DNA from: Bacteroidaceae bacterium
Lineage (GTDB): Bacteria > Bacteroidota > Bacteroidia > Bacteroidales > Bacteroidaceae
Length of the DNA: 64,000 nt
Direction of reading: 5' to 3'
NCBI GenBank assembly: GCA_017650045.1
Contig: JAGCFP010000080.1
Location: 9,468-73,467, forward strand
In this document: positions 27,992 through 38,775 of the stretch, piece by piece
How positions within the stretch are numbered: the first letter of the stretch is position 1
Layout: each line of letters begins with the position of its first letter
The notes under the pieces: model-generated
Seen by the model: only the letters and a program-made list of their open reading frames with translations
The model's database searches: none
What the model was told of the DNA's origin: nothing
Program-made: the position numbers and the translations under genes

Positions 27992-29092
27992 ATGACTCTT
28001 TATCCTAACTTGATTAAAGATGCACTGCAGACAGTGCGCTATCCAGGCTCTGGCAAGAATCTAATTGAAGCTGGTATGCTGGCAGACAATATGCGTATCG
28101 ATGGTATGTCTGTTTCTTTCTCCTTAGTATTTGAGAAATCTACCGACCCCTTCATGCGCTCGGTGGTTAAGGCAGCCGAAACGGCTATTCATACCTATGT
28201 CTCTCCCGAAGTTCAGGTAGAGATAAAGACCGAAAGTCGGCAGGCTCCCCGCCCCGAAGCTGGTAGTATGTTACCAGGCGTGAAGAATATCATTGCCATT
28301 TCCAGTGGAAAAGGAGGCGTTGGAAAGAGTACCGTTGCAGCCAATTTGGCCATTGCCCTTACGAAATTGGGTTTCAAGGTAGGTTTGCTCGATGCAGATA
28401 TCTTTGGACCTTCCATGCCTAAGATGTTTCATGTGGAAGATGCACATCCTTATGCTGAGCATATTGATGGAAGGGATTTGATAGTGCCCATTGAGAAATA
28501 TGGTATCAAGTTATTGTCTATCGGGTTCTTTGTTGACCCTGATCAAGCAACTTTATGGCGTGGAGGTATGGCCAGTAATGCCCTGAAGCAGTTGCTGGGC
28601 GATGCCGCTTGGGGGGATTTGGACTATTTCCTGATAGACCTTCCTCCTGGTACCAGTGATATACATCTGACAACCGTGCAGAATATTGCTCTGACTGGTG
28701 CCATTGTGGTGAGTACTCCGCAGCAAGTGGCATTGGCTGACGCTCGTAAAGGCATCAATATGTTTACCAATGCGCAAGTCAATGTGCCTATCCTTGGATT
28801 AGTTGAAAATATGGCGTGGTTTACTCCTGCGGAACTACCTGAAAATAAATACTATATTTTCGGACGTGAAGGGGTGAAAAAACTCGCGGAGGAGATGAAT
28901 GTTCCTTTGCTTGGTCAGATTCCTTTGGTACAGAGTATTTGTGAGAGTGGTGATGCTGGTGAGCCTGTGGCACTTGATTCCAACACGATGACAGGACAGG
29001 CTTTCCTTCAGTTTGCTACTGCCGTCGTACGTCAGGTAGATAGGCGCAACTTGGAAATGCCCCCTACCCATGTTGTGGAAATGCATAAATAA
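27992..29092 (+). CDS. mrp: Mrp/ApbC/NBP35 P-loop ATPase (Fe-S carrier)
   Basis: SGKGGVGKST, DADIFGPS, WRG, DLPPGTSD, VENMA. Confidence 0.92.
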   Translation: MTLYPNLIKDALQTVRYPGSGKNLIEAGMLADNMRIDGMSVSFSLVFEKSTDPFMRSVVKAAETAIHTYVSPEVQVEIKTESRQAPRPEAGSMLPGVKNIIAISSGKGGVGKSTVAANLAIALTKLGFKVGLLDADIFGPSMPKMFHVEDAHPYAEHIDGRDLIVPIEKYGIKLLSIGFFVDPDQATLWRGGMASNALKQLLGDAAWGDLDYFLIDLPPGTSDIHLTTVQNIALTGAIVVSTPQQVALADARKGINMFTNAQVNVPILGLVENMAWFTPAELPENKYYIFGREGVKKLAEEMNVPLLGQIPLVQSICESGDAGEPVALDSNTMTGQAFLQFATAVVRQVDRRNLEMPPTHVVEMHK

Positions 29093-29122
29093 AAAAAAAC
29101 GTCCCTCCGAGGGACGTTTTTT
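29091..29122. terminator. Bidirectional terminator
   Basis: A9-CGTCCCT-CCG-AGGGACG-T6 between convergent genes. Confidence 0.9.
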
Positions 29123-29128
29123 ATTTCT

Positions 29129-30001
29129 CTATTTCAAACTAAACGAGGAGGAACCTATCAAATTCCCTTCTGCAAAAATATCTAAGCGATAATTGCCAGC
29201 ATAGAGGAACTCCTGTACATCCCAATAAACACTCACGGGTTGCTCTTCCCCTGTATATTCTATATATTTCTTGATGGAGTAGGAGAGTTCTCTGTTTTCA
29301 TAGCTGAACGTATCAGAGGCATCTTTAGTCAGTACATCATTATCGGGCTTCAGAATACGCACATACAGCGTGCGGTCACCAGTTTTTGCTGTGATATTTT
29401 TGGCTATGTTGAAATTGATTTGCAACTTCTCTGTATCTTTGGTCCGTTTGGCTTCTCTGCCACGCTTGTTCAGTGGGAGGACGTGAATGTTTGTCGCATC
29501 TAGTTGGGAGGCTAAGGTCACTTGTTCGGTTAGGTTCTTGCGTTCTTCTGTCAGGTCACTTATCTGACGTGAAGCATCGTTGTACTTCTGAGTCACCTCT
29601 GCTATCACCACTTTCTGCTGGGCATTGATCTGGTTCAATGAATCAATCTGATTGATGTAGCTAACCATGACAGTGCGCAATGTCGCCAATTCGTTCTTCA
29701 AACGTCGGATTTCTGTGGCATTGGTACTTTTCACGGTGCGCAGTTCTTCCAAAAGGCGCTGAGTCTTCAACTGCTCCTGTTCCAGCAGTTGAGCCAGGGA
29801 GTCGTTGGATACGGTAAGTTTCAACTCATCATACTGTCGGGCGAAGGTGGTGTATTCGCTTTCCAGATCTTCTTTCTCCAGACGAAACTCTTCTCGAAGT
29901 TCTGTGTTGGCCTGTTTCTCATTCAGCAAGAGGTATGCCAATACACCTAAGGCAGCAATGAGTACAATGCCTATAATAATAAATAATGTATTCTTTTTCA
30001 T
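29129..30001 (-). CDS. Conserved membrane-anchored coiled-coil protein
   Basis: N-terminal transmembrane helix, ~140 aa heptad coiled coil, beta-rich C-terminal domain. Confidence 0.75.
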   Translation of the reverse strand: MKKNTLFIIIGIVLIAALGVLAYLLLNEKQANTELREEFRLEKEDLESEYTTFARQYDELKLTVSNDSLAQLLEQEQLKTQRLLEELRTVKSTNATEIRRLKNELATLRTVMVSYINQIDSLNQINAQQKVVIAEVTQKYNDASRQISDLTEERKNLTEQVTLASQLDATNIHVLPLNKRGREAKRTKDTEKLQINFNIAKNITAKTGDRTLYVRILKPDNDVLTKDASDTFSYENRELSYSIKKYIEYTGEEQPVSVYWDVQEFLYAGNYRLDIFAEGNLIGSSSFSLK

Positions 30002-30057
30002 AATCCCTTGTTTTTTAGATTACCGCGGCAAAGATAAGCATTCTAATGCATACCACC

Positions 30058-30143
30058 AAAAAAGCCGTGTCGCAATATGTTAAAATGCGCACGGCTCTGT
30101 TATAAAAAGCCTTAAAACACCCAGACGGGCTGGGTGCTAAGGC
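30058..30143 (-). terminator. Two tandem terminator-like hairpins downstream of mdh
   Basis: AGCCGTG..CACGGCT (30063-30096) and GCCTTA..CACCCAG/CTGGGTG..TAAGGC (30109-30143), each preceded by an A-tract on + strand. Confidence 0.65.
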
Positions 30144-30159
30144 ATCGATATATAAATTG

Positions 30160-31146
30160 TTAAAGATTAGGATTAATCTTATTCCATTCTGCGATAGGAG
30201 GAACAATCTCCAGGGTAACCAGTTCATCACGCATTGCCTGCAGATGTTTGTAAGAAGCCTGAAGAGCAGCCATTTCTTCCTCAGTTCCCTCAGGAGCAGT
30301 AAAATGAACACCATCCTTATCGATAACGGTTGGCATGGCCATCATCACGTTATTGAAGCCATAAGCATTCACGTAGCAACCTGCAGGCCAAGTGAAAGGC
30401 TCACCACCCATAGCACCTTCAATCATCTTTACAGCCTGATAAGCAGGGCTCTGGAAAGAAGAACGACCACGCAACTTGATGATGTTGCTGCCACCTTGGG
30501 TGGTCATATGCTTAATTTCAGCCCAACGTTCTGCTGACAGAGGAAACTCGCAGAGAGGCTTGCCATCAATGAGAGCCTTGCTGGCAAATACTGCCATCTG
30601 CTCACCATGACCACCATAAGTATAAGCATTGGTTACCTTGTCTTGGCGAACGCCAAATTCCAGTGCCAACTGTTGCTGCAGACGGGTGCTATCCAATGCA
30701 GCCAGAGAAGTCAGCTGATTAGGTTTCAAACCAGAGTGAATCAGAGCAGTCAGAGCAGTCACATCAGCAGGGTTGAAGATTACCACCACATGCTTTACAT
30801 CTGGGCAGTATTTCTTGATGTTCTCACCGAAGTCAGCTGCAATCTGGCAGTTGCCTTTCAGCAAGTCTTCACGAGTCATACCCTCCTTGCGTGGAGCACC
30901 ACCTGAAGAAATGATGTACTTTGCACCTGTGAAAGCTTCAGCAGCATCAACCGTATAAGAGAGGTTTGCTTCAGGAAAAGCACAGTGGCACATCTCATCA
31001 TAAACACCATGAACACCAGGCTCATAGATATCATACATACAAATGTTGGGTGTCAGTCCCAGCATCAGAACGCTCTGCACCATGTTAGAGCCGATCATAC
31101 CACCAGCACCAACAATGACTAATTTCTCATCAGTTAAGAATTTCAT
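30160..31146 (-). CDS. mdh: Malate dehydrogenase
   Basis: GAGGMIG Rossmann motif, PRKEGMTREDL, NPAD, LDSTR, GGHG; ATG 31146. Confidence 0.92.
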   Translation of the reverse strand: MKFLTDEKLVIVGAGGMIGSNMVQSVLMLGLTPNICMYDIYEPGVHGVYDEMCHCAFPEANLSYTVDAAEAFTGAKYIISSGGAPRKEGMTREDLLKGNCQIAADFGENIKKYCPDVKHVVVIFNPADVTALTALIHSGLKPNQLTSLAALDSTRLQQQLALEFGVRQDKVTNAYTYGGHGEQMAVFASKALIDGKPLCEFPLSAERWAEIKHMTTQGGSNIIKLRGRSSFQSPAYQAVKMIEGAMGGEPFTWPAGCYVNAYGFNNVMMAMPTVIDKDGVHFTAPEGTEEEMAALQASYKHLQAMRDELVTLEIVPPIAEWNKINPNL

Positions 31147-31287
31147 AGTAATTACATTATTTTTTGATTGAACGAATAATCTTTCTTGCAAAAATAAGAA
31201 AGTTCTGCGATATGCCCAACCATATAAGTATTTATTTTTGTAAAAAAGCAATATTTATGCCCACCGCTGTGAGCAAAAATGCTCATT

Positions 31288-32157
31288 TCATCGACTATCC
31301 ACTCCCCACATCATCTTGCGGCGAAGAGTATCGAAGAAGTGGTGGTCGAAACGTTTTACCATGCGCAGTCGCTGATCAGCTTTTGTAATGCGTAAGCGGA
31401 TACTCTCATCGCATGAGAAACTGCGTCCATCTACGGAAACCAGAAAGTTGTGGCTGCGGCTCTCCACCTCTAAAGAAACTTCCCACTCGTCACATATCAC
31501 AATGGGACGACAGGTTAGGCTATGCGGAGCCACGGGAGTAAGGGTCATGGTCTGGCTGTGAGGTACGATAATAGGGCCTCCCACACTCAAAGAATAGGCA
31601 GTGGAGCCTGTAGGCGTAGCCACGATGAGACCATCGGCCTGATAGGTATTAAGGTGCTGGCCGTTTACGGAGGCACGGATGGAAATCATTGAAGAACTGT
31701 CGTGCTTCAGCAGGGCAATTTCATTAAGTGCATAAGGTTCGGCATTGAGTCGCTCATCATTACTGGTAAGATGCAACATCGCGCGTTCCTCAATTTTATA
31801 ATGGTTGGCATAGATTTCATCAATCATATCCTCCATCTCATCTGCCTGCACATCGGCCAGGAAGCCTAGACGACCAGTATTGATGCCTAAGATAGGAATC
31901 TTCTTCTTCGCTGCCCTGCTGGCAGCCTTTAGGAAAGTGCCATCGCCTCCAAGGCTTACCACGATGTCAGCAGTAAAGTCGGTTCCATCAAACAGTTCCA
32001 GGTCCGGAAGATTGAAATGTTGTTCCTTGGTAAGGAAATGATAGAACTCCCTGTCCATGCAAATCTGTGCCTCATGTTGGCGCAGCAGATGGACAAGATG
32101 CTCGGCTGTAGACGACTTCTTGGACTGATAATTATTCCCTATGATGGCAAATTTCAT
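31288..32157 (-). CDS. nadK: NAD kinase
   Basis: [35 protein letters not shown]. Confidence 0.96.
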   Translation of the reverse strand: MKFAIIGNNYQSKKSSTAEHLVHLLRQHEAQICMDREFYHFLTKEQHFNLPDLELFDGTDFTADIVVSLGGDGTFLKAASRAAKKKIPILGINTGRLGFLADVQADEMEDMIDEIYANHYKIEERAMLHLTSNDERLNAEPYALNEIALLKHDSSSMISIRASVNGQHLNTYQADGLIVATPTGSTAYSLSVGGPIIVPHSQTMTLTPVAPHSLTCRPIVICDEWEVSLEVESRSHNFLVSVDGRSFSCDESIRLRITKADQRLRMVKRFDHHFFDTLRRKMMWGVDSR

Positions 32158-32283
32158 TGTTATTAGTATTTATTGACAATGCGAAGATACTATTTTTATT
32201 TTTTAAACAAGCAAGTATTGATAGTTTTTGTATCTTTGCAATTATAATAATTGTCACAATACTAACAAAACGAAAAGATTAAA

Positions 32284-33003
32284 ATGAGTTTGTTGATTTC
32301 TTTCCTACAGTCGGCTGGAGCGCTGACAGAAGAGATGGTAGAGGCTATGCCAGTTCTAAGTGAATCTGCGGAAACCGCACAGACGATGAATTTATGGGAC
32401 TTGGCAGTGAAAGGTGGATGGATCATGATTGTCCTGGCCGTACTTTCCTTGATAGCCTTTTATATTTTGTTTGAACGTATTTATGTCATCAAACGTGCAA
32501 GCAAGGAAGATCCAGAGTTTATGTTCAAGATAAAGGATTATATCAAGGATGGCAATGTGAAAGCAGCCATCACCTATTGCCAAAAGACCGATACCCCGTC
32601 GGCGCGTATGATAGAGCGTGGCATCAGTCGCATAGGCAGACCTGTGAACGATGTGCAGGCCGCGATTGAAAATGCAGGTAACTTGGAGGTTGCAAAGTTG
32701 GAGAAGGGACTTAACGTGATGGCAACCATTGCTGGTGGGGCGCCTATGATTGGTTTCCTAGGTACGGTGATCGGTATGGTAAGAGCTTTCTTTGAGATGT
32801 CGAATGCTGGAAACAACATCGACATTACCTTGCTTTCTGGCGGCATCTATCAAGCCATGATAACTACAGTGGGCGGTCTGATAGTGGGTATCATCGCCAT
32901 GTTTGCATACAACTATCTGGTGACGCTGGTCGATGGCATCGTGAATAAGATGGAAGCCAGGACAATGGCATTTATGGACTTGCTTAACGAACCTGAACAA
33001 TAA
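32284..33003 (+). CDS. exbB: MotA/TolQ/ExbB proton channel
   Basis: APMIGFLGTVIGM, GIYQAMITTVGGL. Confidence 0.9.
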   Translation: MSLLISFLQSAGALTEEMVEAMPVLSESAETAQTMNLWDLAVKGGWIMIVLAVLSLIAFYILFERIYVIKRASKEDPEFMFKIKDYIKDGNVKAAITYCQKTDTPSARMIERGISRIGRPVNDVQAAIENAGNLEVAKLEKGLNVMATIAGGAPMIGFLGTVIGMVRAFFEMSNAGNNIDITLLSGGIYQAMITTVGGLIVGIIAMFAYNYLVTLVDGIVNKMEARTMAFMDLLNEPEQ

Positions 33004-33416
33004 TGCTGAAGAGAAGAAATAAAATAAATCCGTCGTTCAGTATGTCGTCTATGACTGACGTCATCTTCTTGTTGCTGATTTTCTTTATGATCACCAGTAC
33101 TATGGTGTCTCCCAATGCCATTAAGGTATTGTTGCCACAAGGAAAACAGCAGACATCTGCCAAACCATTGACGCGTGTCATCATCGACAAAGAACTGAAT
33201 GTGTTTGCAGCCTTTGGGAACGACCGTGAGCAGGCTTTAAGTTTCGAAGAACTCACTCCATTCTTGCAGGGTTGTGCTGATCGTGAACCTGATATGTACG
33301 TGGCACTTTATGCAGATGAAAGTGTGCCTTACAGAGAGATAGTGAAAGTGCTGAATATCGCCAACGAGAATCATTTCAAGATGGTGCTTGCCACACGTCC
33401 GCCTGAGAGTAGATAA
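33003..33416 (+). CDS. exbD: ExbD/TolR protein
   Basis: MTDVIFLLLIFFM, LP, AD..V.Y..VL. Confidence 0.92.
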   Translation: MLKRRNKINPSFSMSSMTDVIFLLLIFFMITSTMVSPNAIKVLLPQGKQQTSAKPLTRVIIDKELNVFAAFGNDREQALSFEELTPFLQGCADREPDMYVALYADESVPYREIVKVLNIANENHFKMVLATRPPESR

Positions 33417-33419
33417 ACT

Positions 33420-34298
33420 ATGGAGAAGAAAAAGAAAGGAAAATATGTAGGTGTTGTAGGTGCATTGGCTGTTCATGTGCTGATACTCTTGCTCTTGTTT
33501 TTGGTAAGTTTTGCTCTACCTAGAATACAGGAAGAAGGAGGTATGCCCGTGATGCTTGGTGATACCCCTGATGCCTATGGATTTGCCGATCCGTCATTGG
33601 TGGATGTGGATGTGATGCCGCAGGAAGCTCTAACGACAGAGGCATCGGATGGTCCTGATGTACCTTCAGAACAGGACTTAATTGTTCAGGAAGAAGAGGA
33701 AACTGTGGCATTACCAGCTAGAAAGCAGGAGACCAAGCAGGAAACTCCTAAGCCTACAGTGACAACACCTCGACAGCCCACTGCTCAAGAGAGGGCAGAA
33801 GCAGAACGCAGGGCAGCCGAAGCTCGTGCTGAGGCAGAGAGAAGGGCTGCAGAAGAGGCTGCTGCAGAACAGCAACGACAGGCACAGGCTGCTGCTCGCA
33901 GCCGTGTATCAGGGGCCTTTGGGCGTGGTACTCAGATGGGTAGTCGTGGAAATACAGTAGGGGAAGGTCTTCAAGGTAGCCCGGATGGTAACTCGGAAAC
34001 GGGTGCCACAGAAGGTGTAGGAGGCTATGGTTCCTTCAGCTTGGGAGGGCGTTCATTAGGACCTGGTGGACTGCCACGTCCTACATATAATGTTCAGGAA
34101 GAAGGGAGAGTCGTGGTTGATATTACCGTGAATCCTGCAGGACAGGTGATAGCAACAGGAATCAATCGCCAGACGAATACTGTGAGTGCTGCGCTCAGAC
34201 GTGCTGCAGAGGAAGCGGCTAAGAAGGCTCGCTTTAATTCAGTAAGTGGTAGTAACAATCAAACAGGTACTATTACCTACTATTTTAAATTGAAGTAA
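33420..34298 (+). CDS. TonB/TolA-like energy transducer
   Basis: Transmembrane helix with His, Ala/Glu/Arg-rich helix, TonB_C-like EEGRVVVDITV..GTITYYF. Confidence 0.8.
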   Translation: MEKKKKGKYVGVVGALAVHVLILLLLFLVSFALPRIQEEGGMPVMLGDTPDAYGFADPSLVDVDVMPQEALTTEASDGPDVPSEQDLIVQEEEETVALPARKQETKQETPKPTVTTPRQPTAQERAEAERRAAEARAEAERRAAEEAAAEQQRQAQAAARSRVSGAFGRGTQMGSRGNTVGEGLQGSPDGNSETGATEGVGGYGSFSLGGRSLGPGGLPRPTYNVQEEGRVVVDITVNPAGQVIATGINRQTNTVSAALRRAAEEAAKKARFNSVSGSNNQTGTITYYFKLK

Positions 34299-34320
34299 AA
34301 TTATAAAACGAGGAAAAGAT

Positions 34321-34869
34321 ATGAAAACAGCTTATGTGTTTTTTGCCGATGGCTTTGAGGAAATCGAGGCCTTTACCACAGTAGATGTTCTCAGAAGGGC
34401 CGGTATCAATGCCCTGATGGTCTCAGTTACAGAAGATGAGATTGTACGTGGTGCTCACGATATCTCAATGTTGTGTGATAAGACAATTGACAACGTGGAC
34501 TTCTCAGAGGCCGATATGCTTCTTCTTCCAGGAGGAATGCCAGGTGCTTCAAACTTGGCTGCATGTGAGCTTCTGACTAAGCAATTGAAAGCCTTTGCTG
34601 ATGAAGGGAAACCATACGGAGCCATCTGTGCAGCACCTTTCGTGCTGGGTCAGTTGGGCTTGCTGAATGGAAAGAAAGCTACCTGCTATCCTGGCTTTGA
34701 AAACTATCTGGAAGGAGCGGTCGTAACAGGTAAGATGGCAGAACAAGATGGCAATGTAATTACTGGTAAAGGTCCTGCTGCTGCCATGGAGTTTGCCTTG
34801 AAAGTAGCAGCACTGTTGGTTGGCAGTGAAAAGGCCAATGAAGTGGCTGCAGGCATGTTGGTAAAATGA
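34321..34869 (+). CDS. DJ-1/PfpI (YajL/ThiJ) family protein
   Basis: GFEEIEA, LPGG, AICAAP, ATCYPG. Confidence 0.92.
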   Translation: MKTAYVFFADGFEEIEAFTTVDVLRRAGINALMVSVTEDEIVRGAHDISMLCDKTIDNVDFSEADMLLLPGGMPGASNLAACELLTKQLKAFADEGKPYGAICAAPFVLGQLGLLNGKKATCYPGFENYLEGAVVTGKMAEQDGNVITGKGPAAAMEFALKVAALLVGSEKANEVAAGMLVK

Positions 34870-35543
34870 GAAAACTCTATGCCATCATTGTAGCGGGTGG
34901 TAAGGGTATGCGTATGGGGAAAGACCTGCCAAAGCAGTTCCTTCCCATTGATGGGACTCCTATCTTGATGCATACCCTTCAGACTTTTTATGACTATGAT
35001 CCCTCTATGACACTGATTGTGGTGTTACCATCCGACCAACAGGCTTATTGGAGTAAGCTCTGTGGCGATTATCATTTTACCGTTCCTCATGTGGTGGTTA
35101 AAGGCGGGGAAACGCGCTTCCATTCTGTAAAAAACGGACTTGCTTGTGTAAAGGGCGAAGGATTGGTTGCTGTGCATGATGGCGTACGTCCGTTTGTGCA
35201 TCGTGATACCATTGATCGTTGTTTCGCATTAGCACAGGAATCTGGTACTGCTGTGCCAGTGGTAGAGGTGGTGGACTCTCTTCGCAAAGTGGAAGATAAT
35301 GGAAGCAAAGCTGTATCTCGTAGCCATTATCGGATAGTACAGACGCCTCAAATTTTCGATATCTCTCTCTTGAAGGAAGCCTATGAGCAACCATATACAG
35401 ATGAGTTTACAGATGATGCTTCTGTTGTAGAGGCTCTGGGTAGAAAGATTTTCTTGACAGAGGGAAACCGGGAGAATATCAAGATTACTTCTCCTTTTGA
35501 TTTGGTTATAGCTGAGGCTTTCCTGAACAGATGTACGATTTAA
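34866..35543 (+). CDS. ispD: MEP cytidylyltransferase
   Basis: AGGKGMRM..PKQF, VHDGVRP, QTPQ, TDDAS, NIKIT. Confidence 0.95.
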   Translation: MRKLYAIIVAGGKGMRMGKDLPKQFLPIDGTPILMHTLQTFYDYDPSMTLIVVLPSDQQAYWSKLCGDYHFTVPHVVVKGGETRFHSVKNGLACVKGEGLVAVHDGVRPFVHRDTIDRCFALAQESGTAVPVVEVVDSLRKVEDNGSKAVSRSHYRIVQTPQIFDISLLKEAYEQPYTDEFTDDASVVEALGRKIFLTEGNRENIKITSPFDLVIAEAFLNRCTI

Positions 35544-37627
35544 CTTCAAGAGATATAAAATATGTAACAGGGGTTGGCCCTCAGAGGGCGGATATGCTGA
35601 ATAAAGAACTTGGCATATCCACTGTGCATGATTTATTGTATTATTTCCCTTATAAATATGTAGATAGAAGTCGCTTCTATACCATCAATGAGGTAGATGC
35701 GTCTATGCCCTACATTCAATTGAAAGGGGAGATTATTGGATTTGAGGCTGTTGGGGAAGGACGCGCAAGAAGATTGATTGCTCATTTCTCTGACGGTACC
35801 GGAGTGATAGACCTGGTCTGGTTTCAAGGCATTAAGTATCTGCTGAATCGTTACAAGGTACACCAAGAGTATATGGTATTTGGTAAACCTACAGTATTCA
35901 ATGGCAGAGTGAATATCGCTCATCCAGATATTGATGCCATAACAGAAGCAGTACCTGCAGGTTTGGGACTACAACCTTTCTATAATACCACTGAGAAAAT
36001 GAAGCGCTCGATGCTTAATTCTCACGCGTTAGAGAAAGTCATGGCATCAGCGTTAAAACTTCTGCAAGAACCATTACCAGAAACGCTCTCCCCTCAGATT
36101 CTCCAAGAGCATCACCTAATGCCTCTTACAGAAGCAATTGCCAATATACACTTCCCTCAAAACGTAGAGTTGCTGAAAAGGGCACAGTATCGATTGAAGT
36201 TTGAAGAATTATTCTATGTACAACTGAACATCCTCCGCTATGCCAGTGACCGTATGCACAAATACAAGGGCTTTGTGTTTGGGAAAGTTGGAAGTGCGTT
36301 CAATACATTCTATAACTCTTATTTGCCTTTCGAACTGACATGTGCGCAGAAGCGTGTGATCAGGGAGATTCGCAAGGACTTAGGTTCTGGACATCAGATG
36401 AACCGTTTACTCCAAGGGGACGTGGGGAGTGGAAAGACATTGGTGGCATTGATGTGTATGCTTATTGCCATAGATAATGGGTACCAGTCCTGCATGATGG
36501 CTCCAACAGAGATTTTGGCAAATCAGCACTACGAAACTTTGAAATCGCTCTTGTGTGATATGGATGTTTGCGTGGAATTGCTGACAGGCTCTATTAAAGG
36601 AAAACGGAGAGAACGTATTCTGCAAGGGTTGCAGAATGGGGAGGTTCATATTTTAGTTGGAACCCATGCTGTCATAGAAGATACGGTGGAGTTCCATAAA
36701 TTGGGATTAGCCATCATTGATGAACAACATCGATTCGGCGTGGCACAAAGGGCACGCTTATGGAGTAAAAGTGTCAGTCCTCCACATGTCCTGGTAATGA
36801 CAGCCACTCCCATTCCTCGCACATTGGCTATGACGTTGTATGGAGATTTAGATGTTTCTGTGATTGATGAGCTTCCTCCAGGACGAAAGCCTGTGGCTAC
36901 GATTCATCAATATGAGAATAGGAGGGCACCGTTGTATGATTTTATCCGTAAGCAAGTTGATAGTGGTAGGCAAGCCTACATTGTTTTCCCCTTGATTCAG
37001 GAAAGTGAGAAGATTGACTTGCAGAACCTTGAGGACGGCTTTGAGCGTATCAAAACTGCTTTCACGGATTATTCTATCTGCAAGGTACATGGCAAGATGA
37101 AAGCTGCAGAAAAAGACGAACAGATGCAACTCTTCGTGGCAGGTAAGGCACAGATATTAGTGGCCACTACTGTTATTGAGGTGGGAGTTAATGTGCCCAA
37201 TGCCTCTGTTATGATCATTGAGAATGCAGAACGTTTTGGACTCTCACAGTTGCACCAACTCAGAGGTCGAGTAGGGAGGGGAGCAGATCAGTCCTATTGC
37301 GTTTTGGTGACAGGTTTTAAACTTTCAGAAGAAACCCGTAAACGCATTGAGATAATGGTGCGTACGAATGATGGGTTTGAAATTGCTGAAGCAGACTTGA
37401 AATTGAGAGGGCCTGGTGATTTGGAAGGTACGCAGCAAAGTGGTATCGCCTTTGACTTGAAGATTGCCGATTTGGCCCACGACGGGCAATTACTTCAATA
37501 TGTCAGGGAAGTTGCTCAAGAGGTTATAAAAAAGGATCCTCAGGGTGAATTGCCTGAAAATAATATATTGTGGAAACAACTAAAAACTTTGAGAAAAAGT
37601 AATGTAAATTGGTCGGCTATTAGCTGA
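35531..37627 (+). CDS. recG: ATP-dependent DNA helicase RecG
   Basis: QGDVGSGKT, DEQHRFG, MTATPIPR, QLRGRVGRG, RGPG. Confidence 0.97.
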   Translation: MYDLTSRDIKYVTGVGPQRADMLNKELGISTVHDLLYYFPYKYVDRSRFYTINEVDASMPYIQLKGEIIGFEAVGEGRARRLIAHFSDGTGVIDLVWFQGIKYLLNRYKVHQEYMVFGKPTVFNGRVNIAHPDIDAITEAVPAGLGLQPFYNTTEKMKRSMLNSHALEKVMASALKLLQEPLPETLSPQILQEHHLMPLTEAIANIHFPQNVELLKRAQYRLKFEELFYVQLNILRYASDRMHKYKGFVFGKVGSAFNTFYNSYLPFELTCAQKRVIREIRKDLGSGHQMNRLLQGDVGSGKTLVALMCMLIAIDNGYQSCMMAPTEILANQHYETLKSLLCDMDVCVELLTGSIKGKRRERILQGLQNGEVHILVGTHAVIEDTVEFHKLGLAIIDEQHRFGVAQRARLWSKSVSPPHVLVMTATPIPRTLAMTLYGDLDVSVIDELPPGRKPVATIHQYENRRAPLYDFIRKQVDSGRQAYIVFPLIQESEKIDLQNLEDGFERIKTAFTDYSICKVHGKMKAAEKDEQMQLFVAGKAQILVATTVIEVGVNVPNASVMIIENAERFGLSQLHQLRGRVGRGADQSYCVLVTGFKLSEETRKRIEIMVRTNDGFEIAEADLKLRGPGDLEGTQQSGIAFDLKIADLAHDGQLLQYVREVAQEVIKKDPQGELPENNILWKQLKTLRKSNVNWSAIS

Positions 37628-37741
37628 AAGAATGTTAAAATACCATAGTTTGGCAAAAAAAATGGTGCAAAAGACTAATTCTTAGGAAGAAAAACACTAC
37701 CTTTGTCCAAATTCCGTTTTTGGAAAGCTAAAATAATACGC

Positions 37742-38641
37742 ATGAAACATTTACTAAAGATACTTTTTTCAGGTGCCATTGCTATGGTTGTGAGTGCAAA
37801 TGCTTTCTCACAAGACCTGATAGCCAGTCAAGCACCGATAGACAAAAAAATCAGAAGCATAGACTCTTTGGCCATGCAGAAGCAGATCAAGGCAGAGCAG
37901 AATGAGTTCCCTGGTCTTGACATCTATCCTGAATGGACGAATGACTATGTCAACTATTCCAATGCAAATATTCCTGATAGCTACGTGATAGATTTGACAG
38001 GTTTCTTCATGCCTACACCTAGCACAAAGATTACTGATATCTTCGGATATCGCCCTCGTCGTCGTCGTAGCCATGCTGGTTTGGATATAAAAGTTCAGAC
38101 AGGTGATACTATTCGTGCGGCTTTCGATGGTAAGGTACGTGTGGTTCAAGATCAGGGTCGCAGCGGTTATGGAAAATACATTGTTATCCGTCATGATAAT
38201 GGATTGGAAACGGTGTATGGCCATTTATCCAAGCACTTAGTAAAGGCTGATCAATTAGTGAGAGCTGGTGATGTTATCGGTCTTGGTGGTAGCACTGGAC
38301 GTTCTACGGGTTCTCATCTTCATTTTGAGACTAGATTCCTGGGTATTGCAATCAATCCTGCCTTGATGTTCGATTTTGAGAAACAGGATATTGTGGCCGA
38401 TACTTATACTTTCTATAAGAATAAGACGGTGGAAAGGGCGGCTAAGCAGCAAACGAGTAGCAGTAAGACCACAGCTGTGGCTGCCACTAGCAGTGGGGCT
38501 GTATATTACAAGGTGAAGAGTGGTGATAGCCTTTCTAAGATTGCTGCTAAGCAAGGTATCACTATCGATCAACTTTGTAAACTTAACAATTTAACACGTA
38601 AGTCTGTATTGCGTCCAGGACAGATGATTCGTTGTTCTTGA
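37742..38641 (+). CDS. M23 peptidoglycan endopeptidase with C-terminal LysM
   Basis: HAGLD and HLHFE zinc motifs; YKVKSGDSLSKIA LysM; signal peptide. Confidence 0.92.
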   Translation: MKHLLKILFSGAIAMVVSANAFSQDLIASQAPIDKKIRSIDSLAMQKQIKAEQNEFPGLDIYPEWTNDYVNYSNANIPDSYVIDLTGFFMPTPSTKITDIFGYRPRRRRSHAGLDIKVQTGDTIRAAFDGKVRVVQDQGRSGYGKYIVIRHDNGLETVYGHLSKHLVKADQLVRAGDVIGLGGSTGRSTGSHLHFETRFLGIAINPALMFDFEKQDIVADTYTFYKNKTVERAAKQQTSSSKTTAVAATSSGAVYYKVKSGDSLSKIAAKQGITIDQLCKLNNLTRKSVLRPGQMIRCS

Positions 38642-38663
38642 GAAGATAAATCTTAAAGATAAG

Positions 38664-38697
38664 ATAGGGCACTTCGTAAAGTGCCCTATTTCTTTTT
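38664..38697 (+). terminator. Terminator after the M23 gene
   Basis: ATAGGGCACTT-CGTA-AAGTGCCCTAT-TTCTTTTT. Confidence 0.85.
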
Positions 38698-38775
38698 ACG
38701 TAGTTGCAAAAAAGAATAAATTCTTTTTGTACTGCATCTGATTATTCGTAACTTTGCACATCATATAGTAAGATT

